Source: Promethearchaeota archaeon
GTDB taxonomy: Archaea; Asgardarchaeota; Lokiarchaeia; Sigyniarchaeales; SOKP01
Length of the DNA: 64,000 bases
Direction: 5' to 3'
Assembly (NCBI GenBank): GCA_029838195.1
Contig: JALGVJ010000017.1
Location: 1-64,000 of the forward strand
This document shows positions 50,006-59,662 of the stretch, in pieces; position 1 is the stretch's first letter, and each line of letters begins with the position of its first letter. Under the pieces are notes generated by a model. The model ran no database searches. It was not told the origin of the DNA and saw only the letters and a program-made list of their open reading frames with translations. A program made the translations under genes and the position numbers.

Positions 50006-50254
50006 AAATGATAAATTCTTTATTTTTTTCTTTCTTCTATTTATTTCTAAAAGGAAATTAGAAGATGATGAAAAATCAATTCTCATTATGCTTAAAGGGA
50101 ATTTCGCTCTTCTATTTTTAAAAAGTTAGGCGGGGGGGAACTTTCTTAGGATTTTTTAATAATACTTATGATTTTAATTCTCTTCCATTAATTTACTATT
50201 AATAACATGAAAATATAAAGAAGTAAAAATATAAAGAAAGAAAAAAAAAAAACA

Positions 50255-51403
50255 TTAAAGGATGGCAGTATCATGCCGAAATAAAATAATCCCAATGAGA
50301 GTAGAGATAACCCCTATACTCAAGATAATGGTAATATCTAATCCAATAACATTCCACGTAGTAGCACCATTTATCATCACTTGCCGCATGGCACGAGCTG
50401 CGTAATAGGTTGGTATGGAATGTGAAATGGGATTCTCAAAGTAAAAAAATAGTCCCCCCAAGAATTGAAGGGGTAATATGATAAACCAAGCTAGTCCCCC
50501 AGCTGAAGCTGTAGATTTTGTTAGCGAAGCCAGACATAGTCCCAATCCAAGACATGTAAAGGCAAAAATCATGGGAATCAGAATCAATAAAAATATATTA
50601 ACACCTTCAACAAAATAAGCTCCGACGAGATACAAGAAGAATAGCAGGAGAATAGTTTGAATCAAAGCAACGAATAATTGGGAAAGCATTCCTGAAAGCA
50701 GGATTTCGCTCCGAGCAACGGGCGTGGTACAAAGCCTTTTTAACGTTTGCTTCTCTTTTTCTTCAGCAAAAAAAAGTGAAATTTGACTAATGCATACAAG
50801 AACTCCCGCTATAACAAAACCGGGGGCAAGATAATCAAAGGCAGTCAATTGTATCGTATTTTCAAGACGAGTTGTTATTATTTTAGAAGGTGTTCCTCCA
50901 TTTCGAATGATAATAAGGTGATCGATAATTTGTTTTACGATCGAAGTGACCACGCCTTCCGTTACCTCATCGGGAATTGTCCTAATGAATACTTGAGGTT
51001 CTTTTCGCCTGTTAATTAATTCAGAAAAATTAGAAGGAATTATGATTATTGCATCGATGTTTTCAAATTTTAATAATTTTTCAGCTTCCTCCAGTGAATA
51101 TTCATTTACTTCTCCAATGATTTGAATGTAATCAGTTACTTCTTCTTTTAGGATTTGAATCATTTTTCTAGAGTAAGCAGTTCCGCCTTCTTCTGGATCA
51201 TGATTAATAATTATTAAATCATATTTTGACCGAGAATATGTTTGATTAAAAGCCAAGGCAAAAACTATTATGAGAAGTAGAGGATATCCAATTAGCCACG
51301 TTAATTGAGCTTTATCCCTGTACATGGATTTTAAATTCTTTACAAAAAGAGGCCAAACATGCCCCTTATTCTTATATTTCTTATTTTTATTTTTAAAATT
51401 CAT
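50255..51403 (-). CDS. ABC-2 transporter permease with extracellular loop
   Basis: RDKAQLTWLIGYP, DYLAPG, EEKEKQTLKRL..TP, FLGGLF. Confidence 0.92.
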   Translation of the reverse strand: MNFKNKNKKYKNKGHVWPLFVKNLKSMYRDKAQLTWLIGYPLLLIIVFALAFNQTYSRSKYDLIIINHDPEEGGTAYSRKMIQILKEEVTDYIQIIGEVNEYSLEEAEKLLKFENIDAIIIIPSNFSELINRRKEPQVFIRTIPDEVTEGVVTSIVKQIIDHLIIIRNGGTPSKIITTRLENTIQLTAFDYLAPGFVIAGVLVCISQISLFFAEEKEKQTLKRLCTTPVARSEILLSGMLSQLFVALIQTILLLFFLYLVGAYFVEGVNIFLLILIPMIFAFTCLGLGLCLASLTKSTASAGGLAWFIILPLQFLGGLFFYFENPISHSIPTYYAARAMRQVMINGATTWNVIGLDITIILSIGVISTLIGIILFRHDTAIL

Positions 51404-51423
51404 GAATTTTACACCTCTATTTA

Positions 51424-52368
51424 TTAATCTCGCAAACGCCTCCCCGTTAAATCAAGAAAAACATCTTCTAAAGTGTTTTTTCTAATAGAAATGTCAAGCA
51501 TTTTAACTTGAACTGCATCCATTATTTCGGAAATTCTTCTCAAGCAATCTAACCCATTTAAAATTATACGCCCTTTTCCCACTTTTTTTGCCCATTTAAT
51601 GAAATCTAATTGTTTTAATCTGGAAATGATTTCATCCCGTTTTGGTCGATTCTTTTCTTCCACCTTAAACTCAATAACATCTCCTTCTCCTAAACGCTGT
51701 TTCAACTCATTGGGCCTTCCATGGGCAATGATCTTGCCATAGTCAATGATGACTAATTCATCGCATAAATCATCTGCCTCTTCCATGTTATGAGTGGTTA
51801 ACAGAATGGTACAGTTCTTTTTTTGAAAATCTTTAATAAAATCCCAAACTACTCGACGGCTCTGGGGATCTAATCCCGCACTCGGTTCATCAAAAAATAT
51901 AACATCAGGTTCATGAATTACGGCCATTAACACGTTAACCCGCCTTTTCATGCCTCCCGAGTACTTTTTAACCAAATCATCAGCCCGTTCTAAAAGATTC
52001 ATTTTTTCCAATAACTCTTCCGTTCTTTCTTTATAATCTTTTTTATTCATTCCGTGCATCTGAGCAATGAGATGAATGTTTTCGCGTGCGGTTAATCTCT
52101 CATAGAGCACGATTTCCTGAGGACAGACCCCTATATGCTTTTTAATTTCTTTAGCTTCTTTTTCTAAATCATATCCTAAGATAAATGCATTTCCACTTGT
52201 GGGTGGAAGAATCGTGCTTAACATGGAAATAGTCGTGGTTTTTCCTGCCCCATTTGGTCCCAAAAAACCAAATAATTTTCCTTGGGGTATTTCTAAATCA
52301 ATTTCATCTACAGCAACAAGGTTTCCAAATTTTTTTTTTAACCTATTAGTTTCAATCGCCAACTCCAA
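51424..52368 (-). CDS. ABC transporter ATP-binding protein (DrrA-like)
   Basis: GPNGAGKTT, YSGGMKRR, FFDEPSAGLDPQSR, TLEDVFLDLTGRRLRD. Confidence 0.96.
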   Translation of the reverse strand: MELAIETNRLKKKFGNLVAVDEIDLEIPQGKLFGFLGPNGAGKTTTISMLSTILPPTSGNAFILGYDLEKEAKEIKKHIGVCPQEIVLYERLTARENIHLIAQMHGMNKKDYKERTEELLEKMNLLERADDLVKKYSGGMKRRVNVLMAVIHEPDVIFFDEPSAGLDPQSRRVVWDFIKDFQKKNCTILLTTHNMEEADDLCDELVIIDYGKIIAHGRPNELKQRLGEGDVIEFKVEEKNRPKRDEIISRLKQLDFIKWAKKVGKGRIILNGLDCLRRISEIMDAVQVKMLDISIRKNTLEDVFLDLTGRRLRD

Positions 52369-52689
52369 TTTTGAACACCAAAAACAATTTTAAATTAAAT
52401 TTATTTATCTACAAAAATAAGGAATATGGAGTCCAATATTTTAAATATAGAAACAAGAAAAATTATTTACACGAGAATAAATATTCAAGCAAAATCGTCG
52501 AAGAAATTATAGAAATTGATGAATAAGAAGGAAAAATGATTATAATAATGTTCTGTATTTAGTGCATTATAAATAATCTTTTTCTTTTTTTTTATACGTT
52601 AAATTGAGGTTTCTATTTATTTCACGCGATATTAGATTTAAAATCTTTTTACAATTCTTTATTCATCTTTAATATTTAATAAGATTCTT

Positions 52690-53538
52690 CTATTTTAAAG
52701 GATATCGTGGTTTTCTCTTTTCAAAAAATGCTGAGGTCGCTTCTTGAATATCTTTAGCAGAAAAGGTCACGACGATTGAGCTATTCTCGAATTGAAGCAT
52801 GTTTTCCAAACTCGGAGAATCTAATGAGAGATTAATTGCCTCTTTTGTCATTCGTAGGCCTAAAGGACTCTTAGTTAATAGTTCTTCTGCCAGTTTTATG
52901 CCCTCTTCTAATAACTGCTCCTTCTCAACGACTTTTAAAACTAAACCGATTTTTTCAGCTTCTTTAGCATCCACGAATCGCCCCGTATATAAGATTTCTG
53001 CTGCTCGCGCCATTCCAATTAACCGGGGGAGAAAATAACTCATTCCCACGTCTGCTCCACTTAAACCGAGATGTACAGCCGCATTCATGAATTTCGCTTC
53101 AGGAGTTGCAATGCGCATGTCTGAAGCCAAAGCAAAACCCATTCCCCCACCTGTAGCGGCTCCATGAATTAAGGCAATGATGGGTTGGCTTATTTTTCTC
53201 ATTTTAACGTAAATTTGGCTAATTCTCCATTGATGGTACATTTTACGTTTCAAGGGGTCGGAAATATTTAAAAAATTGAATTTTTCAAGACTTGGGGGTA
53301 ATTTTTTTGAATTCAGTATGATGCCATCTTGAAGATCCATGCCGGCACAGAAAGCTCTACCTTCTCCTTTTAAAATTAAAACGCGACAATCTAAATTAAC
53401 CATTAAATGATCTAAGAGCGCATGTAAATCTTCCTCCATTTGGAAGGTGATTGCGTTTAATTTTTCTGGTCTTTTTAAAGTTAATATCCCCACTCCATTT
53501 TCCTTTAATTCAAATTGTATGGTTTTAAACTCCATCAT
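52690..53538 (-). CDS. Crotonase (enoyl-CoA hydratase/isomerase) family protein
   Basis: RPEKLNA, AFCAGMD, QPIIALIHG, LPRLIG, FFEKRKP. Confidence 0.94.
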   Translation of the reverse strand: MMEFKTIQFELKENGVGILTLKRPEKLNAITFQMEEDLHALLDHLMVNLDCRVLILKGEGRAFCAGMDLQDGIILNSKKLPPSLEKFNFLNISDPLKRKMYHQWRISQIYVKMRKISQPIIALIHGAATGGGMGFALASDMRIATPEAKFMNAAVHLGLSGADVGMSYFLPRLIGMARAAEILYTGRFVDAKEAEKIGLVLKVVEKEQLLEEGIKLAEELLTKSPLGLRMTKEAINLSLDSPSLENMLQFENSSIVVTFSAKDIQEATSAFFEKRKPRYPLK

Positions 53539-53880
53539 ATAATACTCACGTTCTCATGTGTCTTAAATGGTTGTTAAGAAAAACTTTTATGATTTTCGGA
53601 AAAATCAAGTATTTTTAAAAACTTTAGATTAATTAATTAAAATATTAAAAAAAATAATGAAAGATATTTATTAATTCATTTTAAAATGACAGTCGCCGAA
53701 TAGTCAAACCAATTTTGGACAAAATTAGACATGAACACAAAAATAGAGGGGTTTTTTTTAATCGTCTTTTATGATCATTCTTCAGGAACTCTTTCTTTTT
53801 TTGGAGCAAAAAATACAAATAAAAAAAAAAAGATTGGAAAGAAAATTAAAAAGACAGACCTCATCCTTTAATTAATATCT

Positions 53881-54735
53881 TCATTTTAGCGGGTATTTCG
53901 GCTTTCTTTTTTCGAAAAAAGCTGCAATCCCTTCATTCAAATCGGAAGAAGTGGAGCATAACATTTGAGTTCTATTTTCTAATTGTATTATGGTTTCTAA
54001 ACTGGGCGAATCCATCGATAAATTAATAGCCTCTTTCGTCATGCGCAGTCCCAATGGACTTTTTGCCAATAAATCACTTGCTAATTCAAGACCGCTTTCC
54101 AATAATTTTTCCTTCTCTACAACTTTCAAAACTAATCCTATTTTTTCTGCTTCATCTGCCTCTATAAATCTTCCCGTATATAAGATCTCTGCGGCTTTAG
54201 ACATCCCAATAAGGCGAGGCAAGTAATAACTACAAGCTAAATCCGCTCCTGAAAAGCCTACTTTAATGAATGCATTATTAAACCGTGCTTCTTTACTCGC
54301 AATGCGAAAGTCAGAAGCGAGGGAAAAAGCAAAACCAACACCAGAAGCGGCTCCCTGAACCAGTGCGATGATGGGTTGGCTGATTCTTCGCATTTTCACG
54401 ATGATTTGAGAAGCTCGCCATTGGGCATAAATTTTTGCCTTAATGATGTCTTTTTCGGGTACATTTAAAAAGAAAAATTTCTCCTTTAGCTCTTCAGGTT
54501 TCTTTTTAGATTGCAATATCGTAGATTCTTTAAGATCTAATCCCGCGCAAAAAACTCTTCCTTCTGCTTTTAAGATTAATACCCTACAATCAAGATTGGT
54601 CATTAAATGATCATATACCGAATGAAGCTCTTCCGACATCTGAAAATTCATGGCGTTTAGTTGATCTGGCCGATTAAAGGTAAGAATACCCACTCCATCG
54701 TCCCGAACTTCAAATTTTAGGGTTTCGTATTCCAT
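53881..54735 (-). CDS. Crotonase (enoyl-CoA hydratase/isomerase) family protein, tandem paralog
   Basis: RPDQLNA, VFCAGLD, QPIIALVQG, LPRLIG, FFEKRKP. Confidence 0.94.
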   Translation of the reverse strand: MEYETLKFEVRDDGVGILTFNRPDQLNAMNFQMSEELHSVYDHLMTNLDCRVLILKAEGRVFCAGLDLKESTILQSKKKPEELKEKFFFLNVPEKDIIKAKIYAQWRASQIIVKMRRISQPIIALVQGAASGVGFAFSLASDFRIASKEARFNNAFIKVGFSGADLACSYYLPRLIGMSKAAEILYTGRFIEADEAEKIGLVLKVVEKEKLLESGLELASDLLAKSPLGLRMTKEAINLSMDSPSLETIIQLENRTQMLCSTSSDLNEGIAAFFEKRKPKYPLK

Positions 54736-54962
54736 TTTTTCACTTCCTATATTATTCTCTATGATAAAAATGTAAGTTGAACTCCATAAAAAGTCATGGA
54801 TTTTCGGGAATTAAATGTACATGAACAAATTTTTAAATTACTCGCTCTATTCGTTTGAATGATCCCATTTTTAAAGAATTTGCTAAGCGAACATGATGAA
54901 TCTGCTTAAGATACCATTCATGGGGCAATCCATGGGATGATGCGCATCAACAAGGTTCACGT

Positions 54963-56132
54963 CTAGTCTACCGGAAGCGTCAAGTCTTCCAATGTCTCTG
55001 GCGCTTTGGTTAAGCTTAGATTTCCATCTTCCGTGATTAGAACCGTGTCAGAATGTCGAAACCCTCCAATTTTTGGAAGGTAAATTCCCGGTTCAATACT
55101 AATGATCATTCCTGGTTCAATTACTCTATCATAGCCAATTGCCACAAAAGGAGCTTCATGTCCTGTGATACCCAAGCCATGGCCTGTACGATGGAGCAAT
55201 TTATCTCCATATCCTCTCTTTTGGAAGATCTTGCGCACCGCCTCATCGACTTTACTGAAATTTTCTCCCGGTATTGCTAATTCAAATGCTTTTTCCCGTG
55301 CTTCCATCATGACTTGAAATGGTTCTCTTGCAACTTCTGGAACCTCTCCTAAGAAAAAAGAACGTTCAATCTCGACACCGTATCCATCTAATTGCCCTCC
55401 AACACCAGACACGTGAGGACCCCCGTGCTCCATGGTAAAAAAAATGTTCGTCATGTTATGAGGGTCGTATGAAATGCTAGGAGGCAATACAATGGCATCT
55501 GCCTTAGAAACCATTGGATTTAAATTAGGTAAGTCTTTCAATACTTTTCCTTGCATGTAGCTTGAAACTTCACTATAAATTTTAATGAAAGGAACACCCG
55601 GCTTGCAAATTTTTAGCAGTTTATCATGACCTTGATTAATGATTTTACATGCATGGACGGTTCTACCGATTTCATAGTCCGTCTTGATTAACCTGCATTC
55701 GTCAATGATATCCGTTCTTATTTTTTGACCCGGCGTTTCTTCATAAATTCTAAGCGTCATGGCTGATTCGACTCCCACACGAGCATCCTTTTCGATGAGT
55801 TTTCGATATTCATCATTCCAGTTTTGTCCTTTGGGTGCGGGATATTCAAAATAATGAATCAACTCTAATTCACAACGAGCGCGTGTTTCTACGTGAGTCT
55901 TTTCCAAGAGAGGTACTAAAAATTTTATGGTTCCATTTTTCGGAATGATCAAAATAAAGGGCCGTTCGTGAACATAATTCGCAAAATTTGTAAGATAATA
56001 AATATTAACCGGATCAAATGCAACGTAATAATCTAGATTTTCTTTTTTCATCAAATTTCGTACTTTTTCTAATCGTGAATTTAATTCCGCTTCATCCGGC
56101 GGCTTTTTTATCGGCTTTGGTATTTTCGTCAT
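54963..56132 (-). CDS. Xaa-Pro peptidase / creatinase-like, M24 family
   Basis: Creatinase-like N-domain, HRTGHGLG..HEAP, SIEPG, GGFRHSD. Confidence 0.9.
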   Translation of the reverse strand: MTKIPKPIKKPPDEAELNSRLEKVRNLMKKENLDYYVAFDPVNIYYLTNFANYVHERPFILIIPKNGTIKFLVPLLEKTHVETRARCELELIHYFEYPAPKGQNWNDEYRKLIEKDARVGVESAMTLRIYEETPGQKIRTDIIDECRLIKTDYEIGRTVHACKIINQGHDKLLKICKPGVPFIKIYSEVSSYMQGKVLKDLPNLNPMVSKADAIVLPPSISYDPHNMTNIFFTMEHGGPHVSGVGGQLDGYGVEIERSFFLGEVPEVAREPFQVMMEAREKAFELAIPGENFSKVDEAVRKIFQKRGYGDKLLHRTGHGLGITGHEAPFVAIGYDRVIEPGMIISIEPGIYLPKIGGFRHSDTVLITEDGNLSLTKAPETLEDLTLPVD

Positions 56133-56221
56133 ATTGTTTTACTTTCTCTTTTTAAATGAAGATGAATTTATAAGTATATCTTGGTAGAAGATTAAAAAAT
56201 ATAAAAACGTGATTAAAACTA

Positions 56222-56503
56222 ATGTTAACCATTATAGCAACCGTGAAAGTAAGGGAGGGTAAAATGGAACAAGCTATCGAGGTTTTAAAAGAAGTGGTTC
56301 CAAAAATTAAGGCTTCAGAGCCCGGAACTTTGGAATATATCCCTCATATCGTTGAAGGAAAAAACGAAATCATTTTTTATGAGAAATATGAAGATGATAA
56401 GGCTTTCAAAACTCATTCGAAAAGTTTGGCTACCTCTTTAGCTAATTTTTTACCCTTGTTAGAACCTGGAATGGATTTAAAAAGATGCAAAGAAATTCTC
56501 TGA
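56222..56503 (+). CDS. Antibiotic biosynthesis monooxygenase (ABM/YgiN-like) protein
   Basis: EPGTLEY, FYEKY.D..AF..H. Confidence 0.88.
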   Translation: MLTIIATVKVREGKMEQAIEVLKEVVPKIKASEPGTLEYIPHIVEGKNEIIFYEKYEDDKAFKTHSKSLATSLANFLPLLEPGMDLKRCKEIL

Positions 56504-56716
56504 ATCATTTCCTTGAGTTTTAATTTCTCTTTTATTTTCTTTATTTTAATTAGATGCGCATCATTGAATAATCATTCATTTTCCGAATACCCCAAATCTT
56601 ATTAAAAACAATTCTTCCACGTTATGAATATATATTCACAAAATTTATATAAGGTGATTAACTTTTGTTACTTGAAATTAAAAAAAAATTGTAAAAAAGG
56701 AGATGATGTAATAAAA

Positions 56717-57088
56717 ATGCCAGGAGGAGATGGAACGGGTCCGGCTGGTTTAGGACCCATGACAGGTCGTGCTTTAGGATATTGTGCTGGTTATAGCAGT
56801 CCTGGATATACGAAGGGTCCTGGACTTGGATGGGGTCGAGGATACGGTCGTGGATGGTGGGGACGAGGGAGAGGATGGTGGAGAGGAATCCGATGGGGAA
56901 CACCCGTGTATAATCCATGGGTAGCGCCCGGCTATCCTACCCCCACGGCTCCCGTAGTAGCCACGCCTGCTGATCAATTAACCATGTTAAAACAGGAGAA
57001 AGAATACATGGAATCCGAATTAAAAGCGATCCAAGAAGCATTAGAGGATATTTCAAAAAGGATCGAAGAAATAGAACAAGAAAAATGA
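56717..57088 (+). CDS. DUF5320 family protein (ORF track start 56624; family start MPGGDGTGP at 56717)
   Basis: MPGGDGTGP.G.GPMTGR..GYCAG, Gly/Arg/Trp-rich middle, coiled-coil C-terminus; GGAG RBS. Confidence 0.9.
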   Translation: MPGGDGTGPAGLGPMTGRALGYCAGYSSPGYTKGPGLGWGRGYGRGWWGRGRGWWRGIRWGTPVYNPWVAPGYPTPTAPVVATPADQLTMLKQEKEYMESELKAIQEALEDISKRIEEIEQEK

Positions 57089-57172
57089 TTTTTTTTTTAA
57101 TTTTTGTATTAATTTAATTATCCCATTACTGCTTCAAGATCTATTTTCAATAATTGAGCGAGAGTAATATTC

Positions 57173-57547
57173 ATGGAAAGTATAAAAGAAAGTCAAGAAG
57201 ATTATTTAAAGGCAATTTATCTCATTTCGAAATCGAAAAAAGGGGGCTGGGTTAATAATTCTCAGATCGCAAGATTTCTAAATGTTCAACCGCCTTCTGT
57301 TTCAGAAATGCTGCATAAATTAAAAGCAAAAGGATTAATCGATTGGAGCCCTCGAAGGGCAATACGTTTAACCCGCAAAGGAAAACTATTAGCAATGGAT
57401 ACTCTTAAAAAGTATGAAATTTTGAAAGATTTTTTTCTTAACGTATTAAAAATAGAGGATGAGGCTCTAATAAATCAATCATGTTGTAAAATTGAACATC
57501 ATCTAACCCTTGATGTTTTGGAAGCACTAAGGGACGTTTCACCTTGA
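57173..57547 (+). CDS. DtxR/MntR metal-dependent transcriptional regulator
   Basis: EDYLKAIY, IARFLNVQPPSVSEML, LTRKG, CKIEH. Confidence 0.92.
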   Translation: MESIKESQEDYLKAIYLISKSKKGGWVNNSQIARFLNVQPPSVSEMLHKLKAKGLIDWSPRRAIRLTRKGKLLAMDTLKKYEILKDFFLNVLKIEDEALINQSCCKIEHHLTLDVLEALRDVSP

Positions 57548-57686
57548 TGAGGTTTCAGTTCTTTTATACTTGATTTTCATTATAGTTTTCAATTTCGTCC
57601 ATAAAGATTCCGAGAATTAATGAGAATTAATGAGATAATAATTTATTATATAAATTTTTAAAATTCGAAATTACTTATTTTAACAC

Positions 57687-57839
57687 ATGGCTGAAGTTAA
57701 ATTAGAAATTAATGAAAAATCTATTCCTCTGAACAATTTGATGCAAGAAATGCTGAAAAATTTGATATTGGCGTATCTAAAATCAGCAAAAAAGATACCA
57801 GAACCCATGGAAACCATTAAAATAGACATTATATTATAA
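57687..57839 (+). CDS. 50-aa protein resembling the C-terminal domain of MobB (not in ORF track)
   Basis: ATG..TAA reads MAEVKLEINEKSIPLNNLMQEMLKNLILAYLKSAKKIPEPMETIKIDIIL. Confidence 0.6.
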   Translation: MAEVKLEINEKSIPLNNLMQEMLKNLILAYLKSAKKIPEPMETIKIDIIL

Positions 57840-57959
57840 TATTTTATTTTATTTTTTTTTTCCTTGTGTTTTTTTTTTCCAAAAATTCTTTGGAAATGGA
57901 TTTTTCACATCCATGAATGTCAATTTACCCTTACAAGGAATAAAGATTGGTGATTAGAA

Positions 57960-57988
57960 GCGAACGTTAGTTCGCAAGGAGTTTTTTT
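57960..57988 (+). terminator. Possible hairpin plus T-run terminator between convergent genes
   Basis: GCGAAC-GTTA-GTTCGC stem-loop followed shortly by T7. Confidence 0.3.
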
Positions 57989-58088
57989 CTTTTTATTTTT
58001 ATAATGACAATTTTTCGCTTGGAACGCTAATCTAGTAAAATTAAATTAAAGGAAAAACAATTAAGTAAGAGAAAAAAAAAAGAAGAAT

Positions 58089-59429
58089 TTAAGGTTCTTG
58101 AGCTTCTAAAATTGCCATTTGCCTCTTGTATTTTTCTTCTTCAGACAGCTCAGGCTCGCCACGTTTTACTAAAAACATGCAAATTAAGGCTGCGATAAAA
58201 AAGTAAGATGCATTTAGTAATAAAGTTTCTATGCCAAAAATATCCGTAAGAATACCCACGATCATTGGACCTAATATTGCAGCCATGTAAGAAAAAAAGT
58301 AATAAAGCCCAGTATAAGTTCCGATTTTATCATGAGTTGGTGCTAGCTCCCACACAATGACTATGGAGTTAGTATTTATTAAGGCCCATCCAATTCCAAG
58401 TATCGCTAATGGAATTGCCATTATGAAAATGCTTGCTTTGACCAATCCAAGAAAATAACCGAGAACGAGCATTGCGATCCATAATATCACTCCTATTTTT
58501 ATCGCCTTGCGACGTCCGATTTTGGTGGCAACGATAGCCATGGGATAGATCGTAATTAAAAGCGGTACAGCCACGAGAAAGGGTAAAAACCCCGCCAATC
58601 CTGAAGTATATCCTAAAACAGAGACGCCATAAATCGAAATTAATGCAACAACTCCTTGATAGCCAACAAACCAAAAAAATATAGCTAAGAGTATGAAAAG
58701 CGTGCTTTTATCTTCTTCATGAATAACATCTTTAATGCTTTCAATGAGGGGGGGTTTTTTTTTCTCTTTTTTAACTTTTTGCTGTAATTTAGCCTCCATT
58801 TCTAAAACTAATTGATATCCATAAGATTCCGTTTCCTTTATTTTAAGTAAGAGTACAATAAGGGCCCCAATCATGATGAATGAGATAATGGTAAATAAAA
58901 TCTGAAGACCAACTCTCTGATCTGTAAAAAAATCAAGCAACGCACTAAACCCATAGCCAATGGCCACACCTACGCCCCCCATGAAATTGATAATAGCATT
59001 TCCCTTGCTTCTATGGACTGGCTTTACAAAATCGGGCATTAATGATACGGCTTGAGCCCTATAAAATCCCATACTAAATCCGAAAAAAAACATCCATAAT
59101 AATAACATAAAAAGTGATGTAGCTGTCGGAATTAAGGCAAAAAATAGTGCACCTAAAGGGACTCCCACGATTAGATAAGGAATGCGGCGACCGAGCCTTG
59201 TTCGGGTATTATCTGAGATGGAGCCCATAATTGGCTGTAAAATTATTCCTAGAATGTTATCCAATGCCATCCAAAAACCTACAAATGTTAATAAAGTTAG
59301 ATAATTATTCAGAAGCAAGGGAACTTGAGCATTGTAAAGCGACCATGCGACTTCAGAGGAGAAAAATGCCAAGCCAATGATGAATGTTTGTCCTACATTA
59401 AAGGGAGTTTCTTCACTTTTTTCAGAAAT
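58089..59429 (-). CDS. MFS transporter (SLC45/MalT-like); probable ATT start at 59429 (ORF track 59372)
   Basis: QPIMGSISDNTRTRLGRRIPY, SKGNAIIN, KIGRRK, GTYTGLYY; TM1 extends upstream; GGTGA 6 nt before ATT. Confidence 0.9.
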   Translation of the reverse strand: MSEKSEETPFNVGQTFIIGLAFFSSEVAWSLYNAQVPLLLNNYLTLLTFVGFWMALDNILGIILQPIMGSISDNTRTRLGRRIPYLIVGVPLGALFFALIPTATSLFMLLLWMFFFGFSMGFYRAQAVSLMPDFVKPVHRSKGNAIINFMGGVGVAIGYGFSALLDFFTDQRVGLQILFTIISFIMIGALIVLLLKIKETESYGYQLVLEMEAKLQQKVKKEKKKPPLIESIKDVIHEEDKSTLFILLAIFFWFVGYQGVVALISIYGVSVLGYTSGLAGFLPFLVAVPLLITIYPMAIVATKIGRRKAIKIGVILWIAMLVLGYFLGLVKASIFIMAIPLAILGIGWALINTNSIVIVWELAPTHDKIGTYTGLYYFFSYMAAILGPMIVGILTDIFGIETLLLNASYFFIAALICMFLVKRGEPELSEEEKYKRQMAILEAQEP

Positions 59430-59662
59430 GTTTTTTCACCTTTTTTTTAAATTAATGCTAATATAGAATAATTTACTCTTTTCATTTAAAAATTCTTAGT
59501 TTATACATTAATAGGAAATTATAAATTTTTTCTTAATCTTTTTTTCATATTAGGACTAATATAGAATATTTTCTCGTTTCATTAATTCTCAGTTTATATA
59601 TTAATTAAAAATTAAACTATTAATTAATTCTAAATTATAAAGTAGAAACCAAGTAAAAGAAA

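Noticed and set aside
57612-57635. Short tandem GAGAATTAAT repeat
   Set aside because: Only about two copies in AT-rich DNA; not significant
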